Shown piece after piece: positions 35,341 to 48,200 of a DNA stretch of 61,459 nucleotides. The notes below the pieces were generated by a model that saw only the letters and a list, made by a program, of their open reading frames with translations, was not told where the DNA came from and did not search any database. Origin of the DNA: Nemertoderma westbladi (taxonomy: Eukaryota > Animalia > Xenacoelomorpha); contig JAUCBJ010002322.1 in assembly GCA_032718475.1 (NCBI GenBank), positions 1 to 61,459 on the forward strand, given 5' to 3'. The number at the start of each line of letters is the position of its first letter. Position 1 is the first letter of the stretch. The translations under genes and the position numbers were made by a program.

Positions 35341-37179
35341 TCGTGTGCATATAGTTCTCCATACCAATGCTATTATGTCTACAGGGACAAGGACTTTGGG
35401 ACTGCGACAAGGAATCTCCTGCTACAAGGGAATCTACTGCGACAAGGGATGTTAGTATTACAGTTAGTGAAGCGATGGTGTTTTGAGAGACCTATTCTTC
35501 CGCTAGGAGTAACAGTTCATGCGAGTTCGTGCATTCTAGAACATGGTATATATACTGGGCGCTATTGCCGCAGTATTTACAGGCGCATTCTGCCGATCGG
35601 ACGTGGAATGGGGTTTTTGTCGAACAAATTAGATGGTGGTATCCATGAGCCATTGCTCTTGTAATGATGTGGCGATTTATTTGATTGGTGGATCTCCAGA
35701 CATTAGTTTTGAACGCTGGCCCCAAGGAATATCCTTGTTCAATGTTCAATGTAATCCTTGTTCGCCTCCCATTCCAATCGAAAAGTGTGGTATAGGTCTA
35801 ATACCGCCGCAACAACGAGGTTGGGATATTGCTCGCAGATATCTTCAGTAAGAGTTTTGCAGCTGGTTAGATGGTGTGCCAGAGTAGACAATGCATTTGT
35901 TGGAAGTGAAAGAAGCTGTTTTAGAAAAGTTGATTTTATTTTGTCGATCTCTTTCAGGTTTGAAACAGTGAAACGGGAAGCAATTTCTGGAAAAGCGTAT
36001 ATTACTGCAGGATATATTTTCATTTTGAAGATTTTAATGCCAGTTTCAATCGATACAATGTTGAGATTTCTTAAACAGCCAATTAAGGTATATGCTCATT
36101 GTTTTTTATTTTCGATATGTTGTGTGAAGCACAACGTTGGCTGTAGAGTAACGCCTAGGTAGTTGTATCTATTTCTTGTTTCAATTGGTAGACCACCATA
36201 GGTGAAGACATCAGCTTTGGCTAGATGACCTCCACGGTGGAATTTAATAATCTTTGTCTTTGATAAGTTAACGAGCATATTATTGTTAGATTTACACCAT
36301 TCATAAAGTCTGTCCAGTCCCGATTGTATAAAGGTGAGTTCAGTACTCAGTTGAGTACAGGACAAGATCGTATGCGAAAAATATGAAAAGTAAAACAGAC
36401 CCTATTCCTCGCAGAGTGGTGGCAAGATCGGTGATAAACATGATGAAAGCTGTTGGGGAAAAGTAGTATTCCGCGTAATTGGGTGATCACTGACGAGTAT
36501 TTAATCCCATCGTAAATTTTAATTTTGTTGTTATATATTGACCGAATGAGTTTAAATAATTTTCCTCTTATTCCAAATTGAGTATACATCTTGTGCAGCA
36601 ACATATTTCTGTCGACCATGTTGAACATGAACGCCTTTTTAAAATCCATAAATGCAGTATAAACTGGTTTAGATTTGGTCCCATGCACATTGACATGTAC
36701 AAAGTCTATAAATTTCTTGAGAGCTTGCCTTGTGGAACGGCTGGAAATAACCCATATTGCTCCGGAGGCAAAAAGTGTTTTATATTGTACATCACACGAG
36801 TATTTACCATAGAGGTTAAAATCTTAAGAAGTATACATATCATTACAATGCCCCTATATTTACTCGGGTCACTGATGCCACCCTTTCCTTTGTATAGAAT
36901 CTTTAGGATACAGGTGGACCAGATAAGAGGGATGCAACTCACATTTAGACATGTGTTAAATAGGAACACGAGAATAGTAATCATAACAGGGAGTATTTGC
37001 TTGACATGTTCGTAAAACAGACCATCGGTTCCACTTGCTTTCCCATTTGCAGTTCTGCTGGTAGCATTTTTTACATCGGTTTCATCGAATGGTTGATTGT
37101 ACCACTCGCCCGATTCTGTATCATCTGTTTCTTCTGGTTGATTTGTTGGTGAAGATGATGTATCTTTTTGGCCAATTAC

Positions 37180-38660
37180 TACTACAACTAGGTCGACTGA
37201 ACTCGGACAGTGGAAATGAGATCCTTCCAGGCTTCCCGATTCTCTATAGTTGTCGCAATTTCGTTTCTCCCAAGTTCAGTATCCCTTTCAAGTTGATCTA
37301 TATATGTTATGGCCGGTCGTCCACGACTACGCTTTCCATGAGTTGGTTGCCAGAAAAGTAGATCTGTTATGACCTCGTCTTTACTTTGCCAGCAGTGCCC
37401 ACTGAATCGTAATCTGCGTTCACGGAGGGTGGTTGATACAGGTGGTATTGTACCATAAAGCTCTGCGTTTGTCATGTGTTGTCTCCAGCTGATGTTTAGG
37501 GCTGCCCTTAGTAGTCTTGTGTAGCAACCATCAATTCGTTGTTCAAGTGATTTAGTCAGTGTCCAGGTCTCACCCCCGTATAAAAATACACTTTCCACTG
37601 TGGCTCGAATGAACTTAGTCTTCAGGTGCCTGGAGAGATCTGATTTCCAGATAGTATCCATTTTTGATAGAGCTACTTTGCCAAGCCTTTGCTTTCCTAA
37701 CTTCTATGTCCTTTTTGCTACTCTCTATCCATCATCCAAGGTATTGGAAGTCATCAACCTTCCTTAGTTGATTACTATTAATGGTTGTCAAGTTTCCATC
37801 AACATTAAAGGTCATGAGTCAGTCTTGGTAGCATTTATATGCAATCCAACCTCCTTAGCAGCCCTCTCCACTTTATTTAGTAGAAGCTGTGCATCTGCTA
37901 GGGTATTAGAGAGCAGGGCGATGTCATCCGCAATGTCGGTGTCTGTGACTGTAGTTGCCGGATATCTACTACTTCTGCGTTCTTGAAGTGTGAATCCCAG
38001 GTCTTCACCCTTTGTGGCTGTCCTCATTGCGCAATCCAGCACAATTACAAATAGTAATGGTGCTAATGTATCACCTTGCAGTACCTCAGCCAGGATTGAG
38101 AAAAACTCAGTTTCACCATCTGGTGAGAGTACCTGCGCTTCTGTGTCACAATATAACAATCCAATGCCAGCAACAATTACTTCTGGTATTCCATAAGCTC
38201 TTAGGATTTCAAGCATTTTGCCTCTATGGATAGAGTCGAATGCCTTCTTGAAGTCCACAAAACTTAATTCCTTCAATCAGTCTCCGTAGTGCAAGTATCT
38301 GAGCTACTTGGTCGAAATCCGTTTTGGCTCTTACGCAGTAGCTTCTCTATGTGTGGCCTAATCCTATATAGAATCATTTTATTGTATATTTTGGCAGCTA
38401 CCACAAGCAGACATATCCCACGATAGTTTGTTGGTATACCGAGGTCTACTTTCTTGGGGAGAGGCTTTAGTTGACATTTAGTCCAAATTGGTGGTGGCTT
38501 TTCCCCTTTTAACATCCGGTTGCAAACATCCAATAATAGTCTGTTTAGCACTTCTGTTTTCAATACCTCCGCTTGGATTTCATCTAATGCACTCGCTTTA
38601 TTATTGGACATGCTTTTAATGCTTCTTTGGAGTTCGGCAGGTGTGAAGTCCCCTGTTTCT
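37180..38660 (-). mobile_element. 5'-truncated RTE-clade LINE (family B) nested in the host LINE
   Basis: NYRGICLL, QNGFRP, FVDFKKAFDS, VLQGDTLAP, IADDIAL, LYGGETWTL, RLRFSGHC; (TAG)n-like tail at ~37180; host reading resumes beyond it. Confidence 0.88.
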
Positions 38661-40369
38661 ATAGGTAGTGTCTTGTCTTTTTGAGAAGTCGTTTATATTC
38701 ATTCCGTAGCGACCAGTAACATGTCACATTATTATTATATACACCGTGATCATGTAGAAGTGACATCACTTCACATTTCTTAGATTTGCACTCTTCGTGA
38801 TACCAGAGTTGATGGTGAAAGTGTGATTTAGAGCGTTTTTGTGAAGCAGCTGAGATTGTGACATTGATTTCATCAACAGCAGCATCTATGTCATTTTCTA
38901 AAAGATGGGAAATTATATCATGGGACCGGAGCTGTTCTTCAAGGATGTCAGTATTCAACTTTCATGACAGACGTGGACCTGGTCTATCAATACATTCGTT
39001 GTGAGAGGTTAGAACAATCTGTAAATCGGCACGTTGGTGTTTGCGTATCGGGTGAGTATCGTATCGTATAGCAACTAATGCACACACATCTATGTCTGTT
39101 GGACTACGTGTGTACCAAAGGTTGATTGTGCTCGTTCCTTGGGGGGAGTAGTAAGTACAATCAATCGTGTTTTGCAATATGAATCCGGGGGATTGTAGGT
39201 TTGTCGTGAGATCCGATCCACAGTTTCCAGGTGCTCCATCGTCAATTCCACAGTTAAAATCACACCCAAGTATAATCAGTACTTCAGGATTTGTGAAGGT
39301 AAGCGCTTCACTTAGAGAAAGCAAAATATCCTCTATACTTGTATCAGGGTTGAAATAAAAAGCTATTATCTATGCTGCATTGGTATTAATAACTACATTG
39401 TTTTCTGTTGCAGTGATCCTTTTTGGTGATAGTTCTGGTTTAGCAAGGATCATTATTCCACCCTGTGGTCACCCCCTGTTTGCCTTCCGTGCAGGTTGAA
39501 CCAAAGAATAGAATTCTGGGAACAAGAAATCGTTTTTGTAATAAAATGTCTCAGTTAATAAAACAACGTCTGCCTCGCCAACAAGTTCTTTGTTACTTAG
39601 TATTTCATAAACATAGTTCAGACCCTCTACGTTCCAAAGCGATAGTTTGAGAGGGTATATTGATGTTTGCTTTCTTTGGGGGCTATCAGCTAGTCGTGGA
39701 ATATAAACATCAGTTACTTGTTCTGTGACCGAAGGGGAATTAGTAACTAAACGACGTCGGGGGAACTCGTGGTTGTGTGATTCTGAGGGGGCTGCATGCT
39801 GTCATGCGGAGTTGTACTCATACCGAGCAAGCTATTGCTTTGCGATCGCTATGATGGTTCTTGGCTTGTACCTTGAGATGGATTTTCTGGTGTGGTGCAC
39901 CAGTCTCTGCGTGGTTTAAGATTGAATGTTACCCATTCGGCTTCGGTGAGAATGTAGTTCTTTATAACGACTCCAACCTCCCAGTTGTCGGCGTTCATTA
40001 GAATATCTCAATCATCTTGAGAGCAGGTTAAGTGGAAGGCGGGCACGTGTTGGTGGTGTTGTCCCTGATAGATCAGTGCGGGGAGTAACATCGTGGAAAG
40101 GAAGATTCTCTTGTGTGAGGTATGCTTTGACATCCTTGGCAGTCACATTTTCACTAAAACGTCCCACGAAGATTTGTGCTAAGCGTGCTGAGCGGTTTAG
40201 CGGAGAAGTTCGAGGGACTGTATTAAGGATCATCCCAGATTTGCGCCCAATGATCGACCGCGGACGCACTTCTCGCCACGGGTTTGGATTTTCCATTGTT
40301 TGTTCCTCGACCTCCGCTTCAGTGTTTATGTTTATCGACGTTCTGGCATCTGGTCCTGGTAGTGGTATC

Positions 40370-40520
40370 TGTGTAGTATCTACATAAGCCCTACGCCTTT
40401 GGCCCGCTAGATGGCGTAGCTTTCTTGGTTATGTTATGTTTCAATATTACCCATTCTGATTATACAGCAGTAGTACATACGTACTACGGCCTTCTGCATT
40501 GCTGCCCTCCTGATTAGTCA
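40370..40520 (+). repeat. Gypsy 5' LTR
   Basis: Identical to 45091-45241. Confidence 0.97.
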
Positions 40521-40592
40521 TGGCGCAGCTTTAGGTTCGACCTACCAACACCACCCAACTCACTCAACGCCAATCTGCCAACACTATTGAAG

Positions 40593-41770
40593 ATGTCGGA
40601 CCACCGCGATCCGAGAAGCTTCATCCTTCGAGGCAATCCGCCCCCGTTCGACATCGAAACCGAGCGCCTCACCTGGGCGTTATGGCGCGACGAATGGGAG
40701 GCCTTCCTCGTCACCTCCGGCCTGGAGAACCTCCACGAAGCCGACCCCGCCGCCCAACCCGACCCAGCTCTATCGGCAGTCCTCCTCCGCGCTACCCAGC
40801 GACAACGACGAGCCGCCCTCATGACCGCCTTTACGCGCGCCACCAACGCCATGGTCAAGGGACTCGCCCTCACACCGGAGGAGAACTGTAATGCCACCAC
40901 CGTCATCGATAGACTGGAAGTCCACATCGACGGCGGGACGAACGTCCGCGTCCACCGCCAGGAACTCTCCCGTCGCCAAAGACTCCCCGAGGAAACCCCG
41001 GAGACGTTCCTCGTCCACCTCCGCGACCTCGCCACCAAGTGCCGGTTCGTCGCCCTCCCCACCGCGGAGGCGCACCTCAACGACCGGTTGCTCGACCAGT
41101 TCGTGGCGGGGTTCAACGACCGCGAGGTGACGGAGCAACTCCTCCGCCTCGAGAACGGAGCGACCCTCTCCGATGCTCTCAGGCGGGCGCAATCCGTTTG
41201 GACGGCGCGGAAGGACGCCGCCTCCTTCAACACCGCCACCCCCAAGGCCACCGCATCCCGCAGCGTGGCGACCCACCCCGCTCCGACGCCGGGAGGCCGG
41301 CGCACCCACAACCGCCGCAACCAACTTCAACCGCCCACCCTCTGCCCCCAGTGCGGATACACACCGCACCCGGCCGGAAAGACGTGCCCGGGAATAAAGG
41401 CAACGTGCCGCCACTGCGGCACGACTGGGCACTACGACCGGATGTGCCCGACCAACTCCGGCGAACCGCGCGCCCACGCTGCCACCGGCCCCGCCGACGA
41501 CTCATGCACCACGGCGAACCGCGCCGAGGTGTGGTCCATCCTGGCGGGCGCCGAACTGGAAGACGCCCCCATCGTCTCGGCTATGGAGTCCCTGGAGCCT
41601 CTGGAGACCGTCACCGTCGGGTTCCAGGTGACGAAGAACCCGAACTTCGGGATCGCAGCGGCGCAGTTCCTCCCCGACTCCGGGGCGAACATCACCGCGC
41701 TCCCGCTCCCCACCTTCCGCTCCTTTGGCAGGACGACGGAGAACCTCCGGACCACCCAACCGCCCCCCCA
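40593..41770 (+). CDS. gag: Gypsy Gag and N-terminal half of protease
   Basis: RRQRLPEETPETFLVHLRDLATKCRF, CPQCG..H..CPG..CRHCGTTGHYDRMC, FLPDSGANIT; frame changes at the C7 run near 41763. Confidence 0.9.
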
Positions 41771-44700
41771 AAGCGCCGCGACTGGCCAACGGGTGCCGCT
41801 CCGGGTGGACAGTGATCGGGATCTTCACTGCGACCCTCCAGTGCCCAGCCCTCCACACCGCCTGCACCACGGATGTGTGGGTCATCGACGGGCTGCAACA
41901 GCCGCTACTGTCGAGGAAGGCCTGTTTCCTGCTGGCCATCCTCCAGAGCCCGATCCTCCGTGGCGGCCACTACTCCGACGGCCCACCTCCGCCCCCCGGC
42001 CGCACCCCACGGTCCTACCAGATGATCGCGCCCCCGCTATCGGCGCCCAGGGAGGAGGCAACCCCGCCGCCCCCGGAACCACCCACGCCGCCATCCACGG
42101 TGCCAACCAACACCAACACCGCGGCTTGGGCGGCCCTACAACAGCGTTTCCCCCGCCCCCTATCGGGGAAATGCCGCGTAATGTCCGGGGGGGATATTAC
42201 AATCAAACTCCACCCGGGCGCCCGGCCCACCAACTCCTACGCGAACCGCGCCGTCCCCATCAACCTCGAGGCCGCCTTCAACCGCGAGCTGGACGAGCAG
42301 GTCGCCATGGGAATCCTCGAGCCCGCCGCGGACGAGCGGAACCCCGGCGAGTGGCTCAGCCCCATGGTGGTCACCAAAAAGAAGGACGCCACCAAGGTGC
42401 GGATCACGGTAGACCTCCGGGAACTCAATAAGGCCACCGTGCGTCCCACCTACTACTCCGCCGCTCCCTTCCAGGTCGTCTCCCGGATCCCAACGTCCGC
42501 CCGCGTCTTCTCGGTGCTCGACGGCCTCAAGGGCTTCCACCAGGTCGGGTTGGACTCCTCCAGTCGCCGACTGACCACCTTTGTGACGCCACGAGGCCGG
42601 TTCCGCTACCGCCGGATGCCGATGGGTTGGCATGGTAGCTCTGATGTCTTCAACGCCCGGATGGATAAAGCCCTCCGAGGAATCCCAAACATCGGGAGGA
42701 TCGTTGAAGACATCATTATCTACACCGACACGGTGGAGGAGCACTCCGAGGCGGTGGCCCGCGTCCTGGCCGCCTGCGACGCCTCGTCGATCTCTATAAA
42801 CACGGCGAAGGTCCAGTTCAAACAGGCCGAGGTCCGGTTCGGCGGCTACCTGGTCTCCCACGGCCGCTACCGGATCGACCCGGCCCTCTCCGACGACCTC
42901 CGCTACTTCCCGGTCCCGACGAACCGCCGTCAGCTCCGCTCGTTCCTCGGACTCGCCCAGCAGCTCGGGAACTCGACGGCGGAGATAACCCGACTCGTCG
43001 ACCCGCTCCGTTCGCTAAACTCGAACCTCAACTCCTGGGTCTGGCTCCCCCAACACCAGGCTGCGTTCGAGGCGACCCGGTCAACCCTGTCGAGTCCGCA
43101 CTACCTGTCGGGGTTCCACCCGGACCGCCGAACCGAGCTGCTGACGGACGCCTCCCGACTGAACGGCCTCGGGTTTCTCCTCCGCCAGTGGGACTCCGAC
43201 GCCAACCGTTGGCGCACCGTCCAGTGCGGCTCGCGCACCCTGGCCACACACGAGGCCAACTGGTCGGGGATGGCGGAACTGGAGGCCCTCGGCGCTGCGT
43301 GGGCGGCCCACAAGTGCCGCTACTTCCTCGACGGGCTCCGCCACTTCGAGCTCGTCACCGATAGCAGCCCCCTGATCCCCATCCTGAACGACCGCCGGTT
43401 GGACCAGGTCAGCAACGATCGGCTGCTGAAGTTAAAGACGTTGATGTCGCGCTTTAACTTCACCGCCCGCCACCAACGCGGCAGTAAACACGTAATCGCC
43501 GACGCCTTCTCCCGCGCCCCCCGGAACTCCCCAACCTCCGACGACATCCTCCTCACCCCGGAAGACGACGCCGACCGGGAGTTTATCGTCTCCGCGGCCG
43601 TCGCCGCGTCCGCCGCCACCCCGTCAGTCGAATCTCGGGACACGCGGCTCGACCAGATCCGGGAGGCCGGGCAGCGCGACCCCGTGTACCGCGCGCTCCT
43701 CGCCACCATCCGGGACGGCTGGCCGACGTCCAAACACAACGTCACCGACGACCAGCTGCGGCCCTACTTCCAGTTCCGCTCGGAGCTGATGGTGCACGAT
43801 GGCGTCATTCTCCGCGGGCCCCAGCTCTATATCCCCGTCGAACTCCGTCCCGAGACGCTCCGGCTACTCCACGCCGCCCACCAGGGACTCACTAAAACTC
43901 GGGAGAGGGCGTGTCGCTCCGTCTGGTGGCCCTCCATACCCAACGACATCAAACAGACGGTCGAGCGCTGCCAACCCTGTCAGGCAGCCCTCCCATCGCA
44001 CCCACCCGAGCCACTCCAACGGAACCCGGACGCCACCCGCCCGTTCCAAAGAGTACACACCGACATATTTGTCCTAGACGGCACCAACTACCTCGTTGTG
44101 ACCGACGAATTCACCGGCTGGCCCACCCTCTATAAACTCGGCCAGAACTCAACCTCCCCAGTAATAATCGACTGCCTCCGCCGCCTCTTCTTGGCCACTG
44201 CGGTACCGACCGTTATCCGTCCAGACAACGGGCCCCAGCTGGTGTCCGACGCCGTCCGGTCATTCCTGTCCGACTGGGGTGTCCGACTGGAGCCCTCTAC
44301 GCCCTACCTACCGCGCACCAACGGCCGCGCCGAAGCGGCCGTCAAAGCACTAAAGAAGTTGGTCCGCGGGGCGCGCCACAACTCCGACGAGATCGCGAAG
44401 GGCATCCTCGCCTTCCGCAACACCTCGCGTTACGGCGGCCGCTCCCCGGCGGAACTTTTATACGGCCGCAACGTCAGGGAGGCCCTACCCGTCCACTTCA
44501 CCGCGTTTGATCCCAAGTGGCAAAAGACCTTCACAGAGCTCGACGCCACATCCGCGACCAATCAAAACCAGCTCGCGGCAAATTACGACCGCCACGCCCG
44601 CAGCCTTAAGGCTATGCCGGTTGGGACACCAGTCCTCATCCAGGACCCGACAACCAAACGCTGGACTGGCCAGGGAACCATCGCTGAGGGCCTCCCCAAC

Positions 44701-45009
44701 CACGACTACCTGGTCCGACAGACCAGTGGCCGCGTACTCCGCCGGAACCGCGTTCTACTCCGGCAGCGCCACTTCACTACGGGGTGCGCCACCCCGACCC
44801 CACCACAGGGCGACCCCCCTCAACCAGAGACACCGAGGCAGCCAGTGGCACCTCCGACACCGGCCCTACCACAGCCAACGTGGGCTGAAATGGCCGCCAG
44901 GCCACAGCCAGCCCCACAACCGGTTACCCCTCCGATCCAGACTAGGTCGGGGAGAATAATAAAACCGCCCTTACGTTACTCGAACAGCGAGTATAACAAA
45001 CTAGAATAA
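41770..45009 (+). CDS. pol: Gypsy Pol (protease C-half, RT, RNase H, integrase)
   Basis: RLANG..PLLSRKAC; VRITVDLRELN, LDGLKGFHQV, RMPMG, IVEDII; TDAS, ELEALG, TDSSPL, ADAFSR; H-H-CXXC, HTD, PDNGPQ, NGRAEAAV. Confidence 0.95.
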   Translation, partial: KAPRLANGCRSGWTVIGIFTATLQCPALHTACTTDVWVIDGLQQPLLSRKACFLLAILQSPILRGGHYSDGPPPPPGRTPRSYQMIAPPLSAPREEATPPPPEPPTPPSTVPTNTNTAAWAALQQRFPRPLSGKCRVMSGGDITIKLHPGARPTNSYANRAVPINLEAAFNRELDEQVAMGILEPAADERNPGEWLSPMVVTKKKDATKVRITVDLRELNKATVRPTYYSAAPFQVVSRIPTSARVFSVLDGLKGFHQVGLDSSSRRLTTFVTPRGRFRYRRMPMGWHGSSDVFNARMDKALRGIPNIGRIVEDIIIYTDTVEEHSEAVARVLAACDASSISINTAKVQFKQAEVRFGGYLVSHGRYRIDPALSDDLRYFPVPTNRRQLRSFLGLAQQLGNSTAEITRLVDPLRSLNSNLNSWVWLPQHQAAFEATRSTLSSPHYLSGFHPDRRTELLTDASRLNGLGFLLRQWDSDANRWRTVQCGSRTLATHEANWSGMAELEALGAAWAAHKCRYFLDGLRHFELVTDSSPLIPILNDRRLDQVSNDRLLKLKTLMSRFNFTARHQRGSKHVIADAFSRAPRNSPTSDDILLTPEDDADREFIVSAAVAASAATPSVESRDTRLDQIREAGQRDPVYRALLATIRDGWPTSKHNVTDDQLRPYFQFRSELMVHDGVILRGPQLYIPVELRPETLRLLHAAHQGLTKTRERACRSVWWPSIPNDIKQTVERCQPCQAALPSHPPEPLQRNPDATRPFQRVHTDIFVLDGTNYLVVTDEFTGWPTLYKLGQNSTSPVIIDCLRRLFLATAVPTVIRPDNGPQLVSDAVRSFLSDWGVRLEPSTPYLPRTNGRAEAAVKALKKLVRGARHNSDEIAKGILAFRNTSRYGGRSPAELLYGRNVREALPVHFTAFDPKWQKTFTELDATSATNQNQLAANYDRHARSLKAMPVGTPVLIQDPTTKRWTGQGTIAEGLPNHDYLVRQTSGRVLRRNRVLLRQRHFTTGCATPTPPQGDPPQPETPRQPVAPPTPALPQPTWAEMAARPQPAPQPVTPPIQTRSGRIIKPPLRYSNSEYNKLE

Positions 45010-45090
45010 CCCGTAACTCAGCAATAAATTGTTTATAAACTATTTGTTTTGAGGCGCTAACGCCAACCCCACCCCACCTAAAGAGGGGTA

Positions 45091-45241
45091 TGTGTAGTAT
45101 CTACATAAGCCCTACGCCTTTGGCCCGCTAGATGGCGTAGCTTTCTTGGTTATGTTATGTTTCAATATTACCCATTCTGATTATACAGCAGTAGTACATA
45201 CGTACTACGGCCTTCTGCATTGCTGCCCTCCTGATTAGTCA
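45091..45241 (+). repeat. Gypsy 3' LTR
   Basis: Identical to 40370-40520. Confidence 0.97.
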
Positions 45242-47199
45242 GTATCCCTCGCGGGCGCTTCCATCTACCATTGTGTTGGGCAGTCGTAGGTCCGGATTTC
45301 GGAAGGATTGATGGTGGGGACAGAGTAGAGATTGGTGCGTCGTCCTCAGCAACGGTAATAAGCGAGCGGCCAGCCCCTGATCCCCTTGAATTTGAATGTA
45401 GCTCCATGAGTTTGTTTTGAGCATTGATAGTTTCTCGCTGTGATTCGCTCAGTTTGTCTAACGCTGTCGTGAGTTTTTCCAGCGTACCAGTGTAGAGGGA
45501 AATCATTTTAGAGATATTATCTGTCGTGAGTTGTTCCTGGTTGTTATTTACGCATTTCTTTTCTTTAGCAGTCTTGATGATTGACAATATCGACTGGCCA
45601 AGATCAACGAAAACTTCCCCCATTATATAATTATGAATTTATTATTTCTGTATTGTGTATAATCAGTAAACGGAGCAGTGCAGCAGTGCAGTATTGCAGT
45701 ATGCAAAATTCGAATGCACGAAGTAGAGTATAAGTAAAGTAGTATAAGTAGTATAAGTGAAGTACAGTATAAATGGACCTGTATTTATAGGTTCATATAC
45801 TGTATGCCTACATATGATAAATATTAGCAGTGGCACAGCCAGGATTTCTCCAAAGTAGGGAGGGACAAAGGTTGCCTTGGGAGGGATTCAGGCAAAAATA
45901 TTTCGTTTTGGTCAGGAATACTTTATTGATTTCAATAACTAGAATGCCATCAAGATGGCTTTAAAAGAACCTGTCTTACACACACAGACTCTAGAAACAG
46001 AAAGGATTGGAAGATGCAAACCAAGAATGACTTGCATCAACCAAACAAACTGCCTCCAGTCGAATGTAATACAGTCGCCACAACAGACAAATCACAGTCA
46101 CAATTAATTAATGCGATGTGTGAAATGTTATCCCTATCCGCAAACAGGGAAATGGACCGAAAGACCAGTTTATTCTGCAAAGTTTTACAACTAATGTACA
46201 AGCCTCCTAAGATAGTTAGTGAAATCTTCCATTAACTGATTGAGTCTACCCAACAGCTGTTGGTACGCGGCTGGCACCTGGTTCAGTTTTCCGGTTTTGT
46301 TAGTTTAATCGAAAGCTGTTGTAAACGTCCCATACTAAGCTTATACATACCAACCAATTGCGCTTTGCCTGAGTTAATGACAGTACTGTAATGATGGCAA
46401 TAGGCTCTAGAGAGACGAAATATAAATGATGTAGGCCTACTGCTTGACATTACAGTAACTGACGACGGAATACAGATAGAACAATCATTATCGATATAAT
46501 TAATGTGTAACTCCTATTGACAATAAGTAGTGAAATGTTGTTCAGCTGTCAAAGTGTGTGTATGTATTTAATTTAGTGATCCATATTGTTACTAATATAT
46601 TTCGAAAATCGCATATATTCCAATTGTTCGAAACTTTTTTTTATTTAAAAACTAGATACTAATTATTGATAAATACTCGCGTTTACAATTTTCCAATGCA
46701 TGCAAGTGGTTTTCTGAAGCCATTTTGGTGGTTATACATACTAACTATTTACATCATTGTGTGCAAAGTAGCACTTTGCAGCGTTATGACCCTTTAAATA
46801 AACTAAGAGTCTTTAACGCTGAAAAGTGACCTTAGCAAGCTATGATGTATGTAATTTTGTTACATTATGTCAACTTATGAGCGTTCACAGTATGTGAAGA
46901 AAGGATTTTATGGATGCTCTTTTATGTAAGTGCCGCCATGGCCGTGGCTGGACTATTGTGTTTGCACTGAAGTAATGAAATTGCTGATACTGAATATCGG
47001 GATTAATAATTACTCCCTGATAATTGAAGATCATATGCCGATGATTATTGAAATCAAGGCCAAGCCCACACTTATTCCGCCAGTATCTTATTCTTGTGGA
47101 CCCCTTAACATGGCAACACACAAATTATATGGGGCAAAGCCTCTCCATACAACATTAGCCGATTCAAGGATGCTACTGATCGGGCTTTGTGCTCACTAC

Positions 47200-48200
47200 A
47201 TGATCCCATTGATGCTCTAAATTGTCAGGAGTCTCAGTGACAGTGTCCTCTCCATCGGGAAGATCTGGCGAAATTCTATGATGGGCTTGTCAACGGTTTA
47301 TCATCTGCAGCTCAGGTGACTATTCCGCATGCAAAGTCTCAGCATGCTTCTGCCCAAAGACATACACTACCTGGCTGGAACAAAGAAGTGGATACTCTGC
47401 ATAGTGCAGCTCGCTCTAGTTTCCTCATTTTGTGTTCATTTGGAAGCCCTCGTCAAGGTTCTCTCTTCCAGCAGATGTCTACTACTCCTGCGAAATTTAA
47501 ACGGCGCCTTCGATACATCCGGGCATCCGATACAATTCGGGCTGACAAACTAGCTGAATCTGTCTGGGATAAGGACTCGACTTTTGCATGAATGTACACC
47601 GTATGAAATCAGCCTATTCGCCTTCGCCTATTGTTGAGGGTGTGGGTGGACCACAGAAAATCGCCGATACGTGGGGTAACCACTTTAGCGCTGTTTTCAA
47701 TTCTGTTCCTCCTTCACCTTGTGAGGAGGTACAATCAACTCTCGAGGATATTGTTTTTTCCAAGGAGATGATCTTCTCTATAGATGAACTTAAGATTGGA
47801 TTAGATGATTTAAAATGTCACAAATCTTCTGGTCCAGAACTTTGGTAGCAGAACATTTATTAAACTGTTCTGGTCGGTTTTTAATTTATTTTTGTCTCTA
47901 TATTTTAGTAGCTGTAACATTCATGGTTTTATCCCAGCTCGTTTGCTTTCATCTAATAATTTACCTATCATAAAGGACAGAGCTGGTAATGTTTCTGATA
48001 AATCTAATTACCCTCCTATTGCCACTACTGCCAATATTTTTCGCAAGCTTTATGAATTTTTAATTCTGAAACGCATAGATAAGCTCTTAACTATGTCTGA
48101 CAACCAATTTGGTTTTAAACCGAATCTTGGTACAGAGCTGTGCATTTACACACTAAAAGATATTATTAATTATTATCTGGTGATGTTTTTCTCTGCTTCA
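47200..48200 (+). mobile_element. CR1/L2-group LINE ORF2 internal fragment
   Basis: PGWNKEV, WGNHFSAVFNS, PIIKDRAGNVSDKSNYPPIA, DNQFGFK; frameshifted. Confidence 0.75.

Larger units (their letters stand above)
40370..45241 (+). mobile_element. Full-length Ty3/Gypsy (Mag-like) LTR retrotransposon
   Basis: Identical 151-bp TG...CA LTRs, 5-bp TSD GTATC (40365-40369, 45242-45246), PBS TGGCGCAG at 40521, PPT AAAGAGGGG, double CCHC gag, TRSGR integrase tail. Confidence 0.97.
35400..45650 (-). mobile_element. Near full-length decayed two-ORF CR1/L2-group LINE hosting two nested insertions
   Basis: ORF1 45623-45247 continues at 40369-39950 (IFVGRFSENVTAKDVKAYL); endonuclease GCDFN, GTSTINL at 39600-38960; RT KASGTDG, KGKG..DPSKYRGI, FMDFKKAF, YLGV; C-terminal CKYC..HVLEC. 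Confidence 0.8.

Noticed and set aside
41760-41775. Programmed +1 gag-pol frameshift in the Gypsy element
   Set aside because: The shift splits the protease domain at a C7 run; Mag-type elements normally have one ORF, so a 1-nt homopolymer indel is more likely
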